The notes: a model not told the origin generated them from the sequence alone. A stretch of DNA of 64,000 nt from Chloroflexia bacterium (GCA_038203825.1 JBBRDO010000007.1:5356-69355); one strand, 5' to 3'; counted from the first letter of the stretch, positions 9,056-18,405 are shown. Made by a program: numbers and translations.

Positions 9056-10407
9056 ATGTCCTTGAAATGTACCATGCTGCCCCTTGATGTTCAACTTCCG
9101 CAAGAGCCTTTTGCTTTCAGCCTGCAAGCTCTGGTGGAGAGACTGCATAGCGTGCCTGACCTGCGCCATGCAAGAGGAGTGCGCTACCCACTGCCGGTGG
9201 TACTCACTGTGGCCGTGCTTGCCAAACTCGCTGGGCACGGCAAACTCCGTGATGTGGCTGATTGGGCAGGATTACGTGCCGAGCAACTCTGCCCCTTACT
9301 CGGCTTTGCTCGTAACACCTTACCTCACCCCACCACCTGGAGCCGTATCTTCGGCAAGGCACTTGACCCTGATACCCTCGATCAGGTTGTGGGACACTTC
9401 TTCTCAGAATTGTCTGCTTCCGCAATCCGTAAGAAGCGCAAACGCAGAGGGGGGTTAGCGGTGGCCATTGATGGCAAGACGTTGAGAGGCACAATACCTT
9501 TGGGCAACACACGAGGAGTGCATCTGGTGGCAGCCTATCTGCCCGATGCAGGTGTGGTGCTGGCGCAGTTGGAAGTTCAAGAGAAGGCTAACGAGCTAAC
9601 AGTAACGCCGACGTTGTTGGCTCAACTCGATTTGAGCGGTGTGGTAGTAACAGGAGACGCAATGTTCGCCCAGCGCAATCTGTCAGTGCAAATCCGCAAG
9701 GGAGGTGGTGATTACGTGTGGAATACGTGTGGAAGGTGAAAGAGAACCAGTCAGGATTGCTGGAGGAGATAAAGACGTTGTTTGAACCGCCCACTCTCAC
9801 CAAGAGTGAAGCCAAAGGGTTCGATATGCCCGCAGACTTGGAGTGGGCACATACTGTAGACAAAGGGCATGGACGAATAGAAGAGAGGGAGCTAATGGTG
9901 AGCAGTGAGCTCAAAGGGTACTCAGATTGGCCTTACTTGGCGCAGGTATTCAGATTGAAGTGCCGAGTCACTGATGGAGTGGGCAAAATCAGAGAAGCTG
10001 TGCATTATGGAGTAACCAGCCTGCCACGTGCAGAGGCCTCCCCACAAAGGCTATTGGCTATAGTTAGGGGGCACTGGGGCATAGAGAATGGGCTACATCA
10101 TCGCAAAGACGTGAGCTTGGAGGAAGACCGTTCCCAAGTACGTATGGGTTCGGCTCCACGCGTGTTGGCTACATTGAACAATGTGGTGGTAGGGTTGGTA
10201 GCGCACCATGGGGAAGCCAATCTGCCAGCTGCTCAACGTGCCTTCGATTACCGTTTGCAACGTGCCATGTGGCTCAACTGGGCTGAACAACACCCCTTCA
10301 ACTATATCAAGTATATCAAGTATATCAAGTATATCAAGCATGCCATGTCCACTATGCACAACAATTCTGATAACCCCTATCCCTTTACTCATCTTTGTGC
10401 AGCTTGA
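9056..10407 (+). pseudogene. ISAs1 family transposase, disrupted by an 11-bp tandem duplication
   Basis: N-terminal ISAs1 domain (AIDGKTLRG) in frame 2 and C-terminal DDE part (HWGIENGLHHRKDVSLEEDRSQVR) in frame 1. The frames are offset by the tandem duplication TACGTGTGGAA x2 at 9713-9734. Removing one copy restores a continuous ORF (...GGGDYVWKVKENQ...). Confidence 0.8.
10303..10338 (+). repeat. 9-bp tandem repeat (TATATCAAG x4) at the transposase 3' end
   Basis: Four perfect tandem copies, giving the YIKYIKYIKYIK peptide near the C-terminus of the ISAs1 transposase. Confidence 0.9.
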
Positions 10408-10497
10408 TGACTTTGCATCAGCCCTGACAGACGAAGGACGACCGACGACGAGGAGATTAGCGGCCCGTCGTCGGCCATCCTTCGTCTGTCGTCCGCC

Positions 10498-11649
10498 CTA
10501 AGCGACTTCTCTGCGGACGGTCGCGGCCGCCAGCACGGCCATAGCTGCAGCGAAACCGACAAGGTAGAGCAACGGCAGCCAATTCGAGGCAAGGCTCATG
10601 CCTCTGATCATTATGTCCGTGAGAGCGTCTATGGCATACGTGAGAGGCATTACGTGCGCTATCGCCTGCAGCCACCCGGGCATGTCCTGCACGGGCCAGA
10701 GCAGGCCAGACAACACCACCTGTGGCAGAATGACGATGGGGATGAACTGCACAGCCTGAAGTTCGTTCTTGGCGTAGGCCGAGAGGAAGATGCCCAGGTT
10801 TACCGCGCCCATCACGAGCGCAAATATGACCACAAAGATCGCGAGCAGGCTTCCTGAGTATTTAACTTGCAGAGCATAAATCGTGAAGAGGAGCAGCACA
10901 ATGGCCTGCAAGACTGAGAAGAAGCCGAACCCAAGCATGTATCCCAGCACAAGCTCAAGTCGCGTTACGGGCGAAGCCGCCAGGCGTTCCATAGTGCCCT
11001 GCGTTCTCTCGCGCAAGAAGGAAACGCTGGTCAGCAGAAAGATCAGGAAGAAGCCTATGTAAGCGATGAACATGGGCGCAAAGAAGTCGAGCATCTTCAG
11101 GTCGGCGCTGCCGTAAAGCCGAGTGGTCGTTATTTCGAGAGGCAGCGTGGAAGGTGCAGCCGCACCGAGGGGAGCAGGGAGCGCAGCTTTCAGCAACAAG
11201 GGTGCGCTGCCAAGCACAGCCTGTCCCATGAGGCTAAGCGCACTCCCAGCCGCACCGGGATTGCTGCCTTCCACCACGATTTCAAGCGAGCCCTTGTGGT
11301 CGGTGGCAAAGCGCTGGGTGAAATCGGGGCCGAAGATAAGGGCCACCTTTTGGTTTCCATCGCGCACCGCCTTGTTAGCATCGTCGCGGCTCATCGGCGT
11401 CAGAAGCAATCTGCTATTTGACTTGAGGCTGTCCACCACCGCAGCCGATAAGCTTGCTTGTCCGGCGGGAGGAGTATCCTCGTTTACGAGCGCAACCTTG
11501 ACCGTGTCATCTTCCTGTGACCGAAAGACGTAGCCGAAACTGGTCATGATAATGATGGGCGCTATGAAGAGGAGAGCGAGTGTGCGGTGGTCGCGCCGGA
11601 ACTGAGCAATGATGCGTTGCGTAATCGCCATTATGCGTGGAAAACTCAA
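10498..11649 (-). CDS. ABC-2 type transporter permease
   Basis: Six-TM ABC-2 permease architecture with a large extracytoplasmic loop after TM1. Overlaps the ATPase gene by 4 nt. Confidence 0.8.
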   Translation of the reverse strand: MSFPRIMAITQRIIAQFRRDHRTLALLFIAPIIIMTSFGYVFRSQEDDTVKVALVNEDTPPAGQASLSAAVVDSLKSNSRLLLTPMSRDDANKAVRDGNQKVALIFGPDFTQRFATDHKGSLEIVVEGSNPGAAGSALSLMGQAVLGSAPLLLKAALPAPLGAAAPSTLPLEITTTRLYGSADLKMLDFFAPMFIAYIGFFLIFLLTSVSFLRERTQGTMERLAASPVTRLELVLGYMLGFGFFSVLQAIVLLLFTIYALQVKYSGSLLAIFVVIFALVMGAVNLGIFLSAYAKNELQAVQFIPIVILPQVVLSGLLWPVQDMPGWLQAIAHVMPLTYAIDALTDIMIRGMSLASNWLPLLYLVGFAAAMAVLAAATVRREVA

Positions 11650-12431
11650 CTTAGTGCCTCCTCAGGAACCTGCTCTGACCGTGAGAGCGTCAGGAACGCT
11701 TCTTCCAGGTTGTCGCTGGCACCCTGCGCTCGGATTTCAGCTGGCGTGCCAACTGCCAGCACTTTGCCGGTGCGCATCAGTCCAAGCCGGTCACAGCGGT
11801 CGGCCTCGTCCATAACGTGGCTGGATACGACAATTGTCACTCCGCGCTCATTCAGCGTGCGGAAGTAACCCCAGAAACTTTGCCTGAGTTCCGGGTCCAC
11901 TCCGACCGTCGGCTCGTCAAGGAGCAGAAGTTCAGGGTTGTGTACTAGAGCGCAGGCCAACGAAAGCCTCTGCTTAAGCCCACCACTAAGGTTACCCGTG
12001 AGTGAACCTTTGCGCTCCTTGAGTTCCACAAGATCTAATACTTCGTCGCAGCGTAAGTCGCGAGCCTTCTTGTCGTCAAGGCCAAAGATGCGGGCGAAGA
12101 ACTGGATATTCTCCCATACGGAAAGATCGCCATATAGGGCCTGCTGCTGCGTCATGTAGCCGAGCCTGTATCTGACCTTGTCGGCCTGGGCGGGAACGGG
12201 GTGGCCCAAAACGGTCAAGTTGCCGGACGTGGGCCGCACGAGCCCGGCCACCATCCTGATAAACGTGGTCTTGCCCGAACCGTTCGGCCCCAGCAGCCCA
12301 AACGACTCGCCCTTCCTGATAGTCAGGTCCAGCCCGTCCAGCGCCCGAACGTCACCAAATTGCTTGACGAGGGAGCTCGCCTCGATTACCGTTTGGGCCG
12401 GCGAAGTTGTCGTCCGCGAAGTATCAGCCAT
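11646..12431 (-). CDS. ABC transporter ATP-binding protein (ABC-2/DrrA-like)
   Basis: Walker A GPNGSGKTT, signature LSGGLKQRLSLA, Walker B LLLLDEPT. Confidence 0.85.
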   Translation of the reverse strand: MADTSRTTTSPAQTVIEASSLVKQFGDVRALDGLDLTIRKGESFGLLGPNGSGKTTFIRMVAGLVRPTSGNLTVLGHPVPAQADKVRYRLGYMTQQQALYGDLSVWENIQFFARIFGLDDKKARDLRCDEVLDLVELKERKGSLTGNLSGGLKQRLSLACALVHNPELLLLDEPTVGVDPELRQSFWGYFRTLNERGVTIVVSSHVMDEADRCDRLGLMRTGKVLAVGTPAEIRAQGASDNLEEAFLTLSRSEQVPEEALS

Positions 12432-12473
12432 GTCCAGCTCCTAATATCGGTTCTAAGTTTGCGAGTTTCAATA

Positions 12474-12493
12474 TTGACTGAACGGTCAATCAA
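12474..12493. promoter_or_regulatory. putative TetR operator palindrome upstream of the ABC exporter
   Basis: ATTGACTG-AA-CGGTCAATCAA inverted repeat. Shares the TTGAC...GTCAATCAA arms with the palindrome upstream of the TetR gene. Confidence 0.5.
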
Positions 12494-12550
12494 AGTCCCA
12501 GGAGAAAAGACTTAGTCAGGCGCCAGTGTTGTTTAGTGGAAAGACTCTGC

Positions 12551-13186
12551 TCAAGCTGAGCCGCTGTCCTGCTTAACGGCCATACCATCCAGAAACACGT
12601 CCACAGTGGCCTGAACCATGGTTTTCGAGGTAAGAGTGGCGGCGTCTGCCTGCACGAACACTTCGCGCGTCAGAACAAAAGCGATCAAAGGACCTATGAG
12701 ACAGCGCGCGGCCGCGCCGGCGTCCATACGGCGCAAAGTGCCGATGTCCATCTGGTGTTCCAGGTAACGCGTGAGAAAAGTGACGCCGCGAACGGGAGCT
12801 ATATGGTTGAACATGGCTGCGACCGCCGGCTTGCGGATCGATTCGCCAAGCAACATCTTAAACATGGCAACCGAAGCGCGATTATCCAGCATGGCTACGA
12901 AAGTCAGTGCAAATTCCGTGAGGACCTCTCGCGGCGGCAGATCGATCATCTCATCGGCGCGCAATATGAACTGAAGAGCAGGCGCACGCTCCTCGATTAC
13001 TTGTTGGAAGAGGTCGGTCTTGTCCTTGAAATAGTGGTATATGAGGCCAGGCGACTTTACGCGTGCGGCGCGCGCTATATCTTTGTTGGTGGCTTTCTCG
13101 AAACCCTCCCTGGAGAAAACCTGCAAGGCGGCATCTATGATTTGCTGCCTGCGTGCTTCGTAATCATGTTCGTCTCTTGGTGGCAT
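12551..13186 (-). CDS. TetR/AcrR family transcriptional regulator
   Basis: TetR HTH (FSREGFEKATNKDIARAARVKSPGLIYHYF). Start placed at internal ATG 13186. The annotated upstream start would overlap the operator palindrome. Confidence 0.75.
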   Translation of the reverse strand: MPPRDEHDYEARRQQIIDAALQVFSREGFEKATNKDIARAARVKSPGLIYHYFKDKTDLFQQVIEERAPALQFILRADEMIDLPPREVLTEFALTFVAMLDNRASVAMFKMLLGESIRKPAVAAMFNHIAPVRGVTFLTRYLEHQMDIGTLRRMDAGAAARCLIGPLIAFVLTREVFVQADAATLTSKTMVQATVDVFLDGMAVKQDSGSA

Positions 13187-13206
13187 ACCTTGTACCTGCC
13201 TGATAG

Positions 13207-13226
13207 TTGATTGACCAGTCAATCAA
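13207..13226. promoter_or_regulatory. putative TetR autoregulatory operator (TTGATTGAC-CA-GTCAATCAA)
   Basis: Near-perfect 9-bp-arm inverted repeat ~20 bp upstream of the TetR start. Confidence 0.5.
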
Positions 13227-13284
13227 GATTGTATATCTGTTTTGGGTCTTTGTCAAGTGCTCTGACGGGGGTTCCGCCGATTGG

Positions 13285-14883
13285 TTAGGTTGGCACGGTG
13301 CCACCGGTCATTAGCAGGCCTAACTTATCTCGCGTGGCTTCGGCACGTGGCATGACGGCGACCAGCTTGCCTTTGTAGATGACGCCAATTGTGTCCGAAA
13401 GAGCGAGCACTTCGTCTAGCTCTGCCGACACAAGGAGTACAGCCACTCCCTCGTCTCGTTCGGCAACGATTTGTTTATGGACAAACTCTATGGAGCCTAC
13501 GTCCAAGCCGCGAGTAGGCTGTGCGGCCACAAGCAGGCGAATATCACGTGAGAGCTCGCGGGCGAGGATAACCTTTTGCTGATTTCCTCCGGACAAGTTG
13601 CGCGCCTGGACCTCTACCCGTGTGGGGCGCACATCAAACCGGGCCACGACTTTCCGCGCAAAGTCGAGGATCGACTTGTCGTTCCTTATGATGCCCCTGG
13701 CAAAAGGCGCCTCGTCATAGGTGTTGAGAACGGTGTTGTCTGATACGGCATAGGTCAGAACGAGTCCGTACTTGTGACGGTCTTCCGGCACGTGGGCCAA
13801 CCCATTGTCAATCAGATTGTTCGTCGTGGCATGGGTAACATCTTTGCCATCCAGCTTTATAGTGCCGCTGCTCGCCTTGCGCAGCCCTGTAAGCACCTCC
13901 ACTAGCTCGGCCTGACCGTTCCCATCGATGCCCGCAATCCCGAAAATCTCGCCGGCTCTCACTTCGAGGGAAAGGCCATCTACGGCGGTGTGCTTCCGGT
14001 TGTCCAGCACGACAAGGTTGTCCACCTGTAAAGTGACCTTGCCGGGCGTCGCCGGCTTCTTATCTACCTGAAGGAGAACAGTCCTACCGACCATCAGGGA
14101 CGCAAGCTCGGCCTCGGTGGCCGTCTTCGGGTCGGCCGTACCGGCCACTTTACCAAGCCTCAGCACCGTAATGCGGTCGGCGACCGCCAGTACTTCTTTT
14201 AACTTGTGCGTGATGAACACGATCGCTTTGCCGCCGGCCGCGAGCTTGCGCATAATCACGAACAGATCTTTCGCCTCCTGCGGCGTCAGGACGGCGGTCG
14301 GCTCATCCAGGATCAGGATATCGGCCTTGCGGTAGAAAGCTTTAAGTATCTCGACGCGCTGCTGTGATCCTACGGCCAGATCCTGTACCTTTGCTGTTGG
14401 GTCAACTTCAAGGCCGTATTCGTCAGAAAGCTGGCGGATGTGCCGCGCTGCTGCTTCGCGATCGAGGATGCCGCCCAGTACTGTGGGTTCACCGCCGAGC
14501 ATGATGTTCTCAGTTACAGTCAGGGGCGGGATGAGCATAAAATGCTGGTGCACCATGCCGATACCTGAGGCGATCGCGTCGTTCGGTCCGTTGAAGGTTA
14601 CAGGCTTGCCAGCGATATAGATCTGCCCTTCGGTGGGCTTATACAGGCCGTACAAGAGGTTCATCAAGGTGGACTTGCCGGCGCCGTTCTCGCCCAGCAG
14701 AGCATGGACTTCGCCCGGCTTCAAATCGAGGTCAATATGATCGTTGGCCAGGATGCCGGGGAAACGCTTGGTCATGCCGCGCGCCTGCAGAGCATAAGCG
14801 GGATCGGGAGCGGGCACGCTGTCCGGTCTAAAACCGCTTACGTCAATGTGTGACTCGTGAGTTGTTCCAGGTCTGGTTTCCAT
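13285..14883 (-). CDS. ABC transporter ATP-binding protein with duplicated NBDs (BMP/nucleoside-sugar type)
   Basis: Two Walker A motifs (GENGAGKST, GIDGNGQAE) and two signature/Walker B sets. Last gene of the BMP-family importer operon. Confidence 0.85.
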   Translation of the reverse strand: METRPGTTHESHIDVSGFRPDSVPAPDPAYALQARGMTKRFPGILANDHIDLDLKPGEVHALLGENGAGKSTLMNLLYGLYKPTEGQIYIAGKPVTFNGPNDAIASGIGMVHQHFMLIPPLTVTENIMLGGEPTVLGGILDREAAARHIRQLSDEYGLEVDPTAKVQDLAVGSQQRVEILKAFYRKADILILDEPTAVLTPQEAKDLFVIMRKLAAGGKAIVFITHKLKEVLAVADRITVLRLGKVAGTADPKTATEAELASLMVGRTVLLQVDKKPATPGKVTLQVDNLVVLDNRKHTAVDGLSLEVRAGEIFGIAGIDGNGQAELVEVLTGLRKASSGTIKLDGKDVTHATTNNLIDNGLAHVPEDRHKYGLVLTYAVSDNTVLNTYDEAPFARGIIRNDKSILDFARKVVARFDVRPTRVEVQARNLSGGNQQKVILARELSRDIRLLVAAQPTRGLDVGSIEFVHKQIVAERDEGVAVLLVSAELDEVLALSDTIGVIYKGKLVAVMPRAEATRDKLGLLMTGGTVPT

Positions 14884-14895
14884 AGGCGTTAAGTG

Positions 14896-15822
14896 CTATT
14901 TCTCGTAAGGTACCCCAACGGCAGCCGGAGGTGTGGACCGCCCTACTGCGCCGGCCAAGACGATAATAGTTACGACATAAGGGAGCGTACCGATAATCTG
15001 GGCCGGGAAGTCAACGCCGCATTGCTGGATATTGATCTGCAAGGCCTGAGTAAAGCCGAAGAGCAGGGCCGCCCCCCACGCACCGAGCGGCGTCCATTTG
15101 CCGAAGATGAGGGCTGCGAGGGCTATGAAGCCGCGCCCGATTGTCATGCCCGGGCTGAAGGTAGATACTTCAACGATCAGGTATGCTCCGCCGAGCCCCG
15201 CAAGCGCACCACCGATTATGACGTTCATGTAACGCACGCGGAATACGTTAATGCCAACCGTGTCAGCCGCACGAGGATGCTCGCCGACCGCTCGAGTGCG
15301 CAGGCCCCACCGCGTGAAAAAGAGCATGAAGTGGGTCACCGCGACCAGGAGCAGGGCAATCCATACGACAGGCTGCTGCTGGAAAAGTCTGCCGAACACG
15401 GGGATGTCTTGCAGTAAGGGGATACTGATAATTGGTACGCTGCCGCTGGTAGGAGCGTGTTGGGAGAAGTACTGATCGTAGAAGAAGCCGGTAAGACCAA
15501 AGGCCAGTATGTTGACGACAGTGCCGCTTATGATCTGGTCAACCCTGAAAGTGATCGATAAGACCGCGTGAAGGGCAGACATTAGACCTGCAAACACGAG
15601 AGCAAACAGAAGGCCGATCCAGATTGAGCCGCTCCATGTGCCGCCGACATACGCTGCGAAGGCACCGGTGATCATCAGACCTTCGATGGCTATGTTGACC
15701 ACGCCCGACCGCTCGCAAAACAATCCTCCGATTGCCCCGAGGGTGAGGGGCGTCGCGACACGCAGAGTTGTAGCCAGCAACGTAGCGATCAACACCTCGA
15801 TGGGGACGCCGCACAGTGTCAT
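14896..15822 (-). CDS. ABC transporter permease (BMP-family system)
   Basis: Polytopic branched-chain/ribose-type ABC permease. 4-nt overlap with the upstream permease gene. Confidence 0.8.
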   Translation of the reverse strand: MTLCGVPIEVLIATLLATTLRVATPLTLGAIGGLFCERSGVVNIAIEGLMITGAFAAYVGGTWSGSIWIGLLFALVFAGLMSALHAVLSITFRVDQIISGTVVNILAFGLTGFFYDQYFSQHAPTSGSVPIISIPLLQDIPVFGRLFQQQPVVWIALLLVAVTHFMLFFTRWGLRTRAVGEHPRAADTVGINVFRVRYMNVIIGGALAGLGGAYLIVEVSTFSPGMTIGRGFIALAALIFGKWTPLGAWGAALLFGFTQALQINIQQCGVDFPAQIIGTLPYVVTIIVLAGAVGRSTPPAAVGVPYEK

Positions 15823-17102
15823 CGCTGCGACCCCCTACCGGACGTCCCACCATTCTTGCGAGTTGCTTTCGGCGCCGGCCCTTCGGGCATGACGTCTGAT
15901 AAGGCAGCTTGCTCTGCCAGTTGCGCTGCCGGGGCAAGCGTGAGAGAAGTATCATCCGTCTTCACTCGCACACGGTAGAGCCAGCGAATGATAACGTCGG
16001 CTGCAACGAAGAGAAGCACCAGCCCTTGCACAACGGAGATGATCGAGGCTGAGATCTGCGTGTTGAACTGCATCTGGGTGGCGCCGGCTTTAAGTCCGCC
16101 AAACAGCAGAGCAGCGGCGACCACTCCAAAGGGGTTGGTTTTGCCCAACAGTGCAATTGCGATGGCGTCGAATCCGTAGCCCGAGCCGAAGCCAAGTTCG
16201 TGCCTGTGTGTCACGCCCAGCACTTCGACAGCACCCCCAGCACCGGCCAGTAAGCCGCTGAGGGCCATCGCGAGCACGAGATTCTTGGCGACACTCATGC
16301 CTGCGTAGCGCGCGGCGTTGGGGTTGGCGCCCACGGTCCTGATCTCAAAACCCCATGTGGTACGCGCCAGAAATAGCCATACAAGCACTGCCGCGGCAAG
16401 GGCCAGAAGAACCCCATAGTGCATGTCCCAGGGAGTGCCTGCGAACAGGCTAGGGATCTCGGCACCGGGCGCGATCAGGGGGGTACGGGCGGAAACATTG
16501 CCGGGACTATGATCTTTTAGCGGGCCGCCGAGCAAATACTGTACTATGGCAAGGGCTATGTAGTTCAGCATGATTGTGATGATCACTTCATGCGCCCCTG
16601 TGTACGCCTTGAGAATGCCCGGGATTGAACCCCAAAGTAGGCCGCCAAGCAGGCCTGCGGCCAGAGCCAGCAACATGTGGAACGGAAACGGAAGATCGGG
16701 GAGGACATAGCCAACAAATGCCGCGCTCACCGCGCCCACCGCAAGCTGCCCTTCAGCACCGATGTTGAAGAGGCCGCACTTGAACGCGAGCGCAACGCCC
16801 AGGCCAGCGAAGATGTAGGGTGTTGAGGTTATTAGAGTGGCCGCGATGTTTTGCGGTGAGCCGAGAGCGCCCTGCCACAAACCTACGAACGCGCCGTCCG
16901 GGCCGATGACCTTCAGGATGTCGCCCGTGGTAACCCAGATCACCAGGCCGCTGATAACGAATGCGGTGAAAACCGCCAATATGGGCACAAGAAGTGCATT
17001 GGCGATTCCACGCAAAAAGCCGCCTGCGCGGGCGGCTGGTTTGGATTGAGTTGGTGGGCCTGACGCGCCGGGCAGGGCAGGCTCAGTTCTTACCGCACTC
17101 AA
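15819..17102 (-). CDS. ABC transporter permease (BMP-family system)
   Basis: Polytopic inner-membrane translocator family with an N-terminal Ala/Pro-rich region. Confidence 0.8.
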   Translation of the reverse strand: MSAVRTEPALPGASGPPTQSKPAARAGGFLRGIANALLVPILAVFTAFVISGLVIWVTTGDILKVIGPDGAFVGLWQGALGSPQNIAATLITSTPYIFAGLGVALAFKCGLFNIGAEGQLAVGAVSAAFVGYVLPDLPFPFHMLLALAAGLLGGLLWGSIPGILKAYTGAHEVIITIMLNYIALAIVQYLLGGPLKDHSPGNVSARTPLIAPGAEIPSLFAGTPWDMHYGVLLALAAAVLVWLFLARTTWGFEIRTVGANPNAARYAGMSVAKNLVLAMALSGLLAGAGGAVEVLGVTHRHELGFGSGYGFDAIAIALLGKTNPFGVVAAALLFGGLKAGATQMQFNTQISASIISVVQGLVLLFVAADVIIRWLYRVRVKTDDTSLTLAPAAQLAEQAALSDVMPEGPAPKATRKNGGTSGRGSQR

Positions 17103-17118
17103 TAATTACCCCAATCCC

Positions 17119-17196
17119 AGGGAGTCGTAGATCGTAAGTCGTAGATCGTAAGTCTTACTTGACTTATGACTTTCGACTTACGATCTACGACTCCGT
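17119..17196. repeat. REP-like palindromic intergenic element (copy 2)
   Basis: GGAGTCGTAGATCGTAAGTC-GTAGATCGTAAGTC ... GACTTACGATCTACGACTCC. A perfect 20-bp inverted repeat with an internally duplicated left arm, lying between the SBP and permease genes. Confidence 0.85.
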
Positions 17197-17205
17197 AGTC
17201 TGAGT

Positions 17206-18405
17206 TTACGGGCAGCCGGTAGGAGCGGGTCCGCCCTTGGAGGCCGCAACACAAGTCTTGATAGAGCCGTCAAGTATGCCCTTGGTGGCTGCGTCTACCT
17301 TCGCCTGAGCGTCGGTAGTAACTGAGGCTGCCTGGTCGTGGTATGGTGCCACGCCCACTGTGCCCAAGTTGTTACCACCTTTGAACGTGCCATTGTGTAC
17401 GTCCTGGATGATCCCGAATACGCCAGGTGTCAGCAGCTTCATGGCACTTGAGACCAAAGAGCCTTTGTACTCGTCGCCAATCGTGAAGTACTGGTCAGCG
17501 TCCACGCCTATCGAGAGTACTTTGCGCTCCGTTGCTGCATAGATGGCGCCGTTACCTGTTTGCCCACCGGCACCAAACACGATGTCTGCACCCTTGTCTA
17601 TCATGGAGAGAGCGGTTGTCTTGCCCCATTCAGGGTCGACAAAGGTCTTCGTGATGTCGACGTCGCTGTGGTAGGTTACCTGCACGGTGATGTTCGGGTT
17701 GACTGATTTCGCGCCGTTCTTGTAGCCTTCGCAGTACCTGTACACGGGTGGCACATCATCTGTGCCGCAAACTGCACCAATGTTAGCGGTCTTTGAGACG
17801 GAAGCCGCCAATACTCCGACCAGGTAACCCGCTTGGTCTTCGTTGAAGACAAGGCCGGCGAGGTTGGGGATTGCAGGATCAGCCTGGAACTGGTCAACAC
17901 CGATGAACTTGACATTGGGGTTGGCCTTGGCTGCCTTGACAGTGGCCTCACCCATGTTGAAGCCGACTGTGACGATTACATCGTAGTTGTCGGCAATGAA
18001 CTGCTGGATGTTCTTGTCGTAGTCCTTGGTGTCGGTCGTTTCGATAGACTTGATCTCATCGCCCAGGTCAGACCCAGCCTTCTGGACACCTTCCCACGAT
18101 GTCTGGTTGAACGACTTGTCGTTCAGTCGGCCAACGTCAGTTACCAATCCGATTTTCAGCTTCTTGCCTGTGCCGGAGCCGGTGGTAGCAGTAGCTGCTG
18201 TCGTTGCCTTGGTTGCAGTTGCCACTGCGGCTGTTGTCGCGGTGGGCGCCGCGGTAGTGGCCGTAGCTGCCACAGCGACGGTAGCGGTAGGCTTGACCAC
18301 GGTGGCAGTGGGGCTTTCGCCGCAGGCTGTCAACACAGACAGTGTCACCATCGACATTACCGTGAATAACCCGGCACGCTGAAACAAGCGCCTCTCTTTA
18401 GACAT
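17206..18405 (-). CDS. BMP family ABC transporter substrate-binding lipoprotein
   Basis: Lipoprotein signal (LTAC), Thr/Ala-rich linker, BMP/PnrA-like binding domain. Start set at ATG 18405 with an AGGAGG RBS. Confidence 0.8.
   Translation of the reverse strand: MSKERRLFQRAGLFTVMSMVTLSVLTACGESPTATVVKPTATVAVAATATTAAPTATTAAVATATKATTAATATTGSGTGKKLKIGLVTDVGRLNDKSFNQTSWEGVQKAGSDLGDEIKSIETTDTKDYDKNIQQFIADNYDVIVTVGFNMGEATVKAAKANPNVKFIGVDQFQADPAIPNLAGLVFNEDQAGYLVGVLAASVSKTANIGAVCGTDDVPPVYRYCEGYKNGAKSVNPNITVQVTYHSDVDITKTFVDPEWGKTTALSMIDKGADIVFGAGGQTGNGAIYAATERKVLSIGVDADQYFTIGDEYKGSLVSSAMKLLTPGVFGIIQDVHNGTFKGGNNLGTVGVAPYHDQAASVTTDAQAKVDAATKGILDGSIKTCVAASKGGPAPTGCP

Larger units (their letters stand above)
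8964..10426 (+). mobile_element. ISAs1-family insertion sequence (1463 bp)
   Basis: 18-bp perfect terminal inverted repeats CAGGGCTGATGCAAAGTC (8964-8981) and GACTTTGCATCAGCCCTG (10409-10426). Flanked by a 10-bp direct repeat ACAGACGAAG (8954-8963 and 10427-10436). Encodes an ISAs1/H-repeat-type transposase. Confidence 0.8.

Noticed and set aside
10303-10338. Tandem and palindromic repeats as possible CRISPR arrays
   Set aside because: Unit length is 9 bp with no spacers. The REP-like elements are single hairpins. No repeat-spacer architecture or cas genes are present.
9056-10407. Programmed -1 frameshift in the ISAs1 transposase
   Set aside because: ISAs1 family transposases are single-ORF. 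The shift coincides exactly with a perfect 11-bp tandem duplication, so mutation is the simpler explanation.
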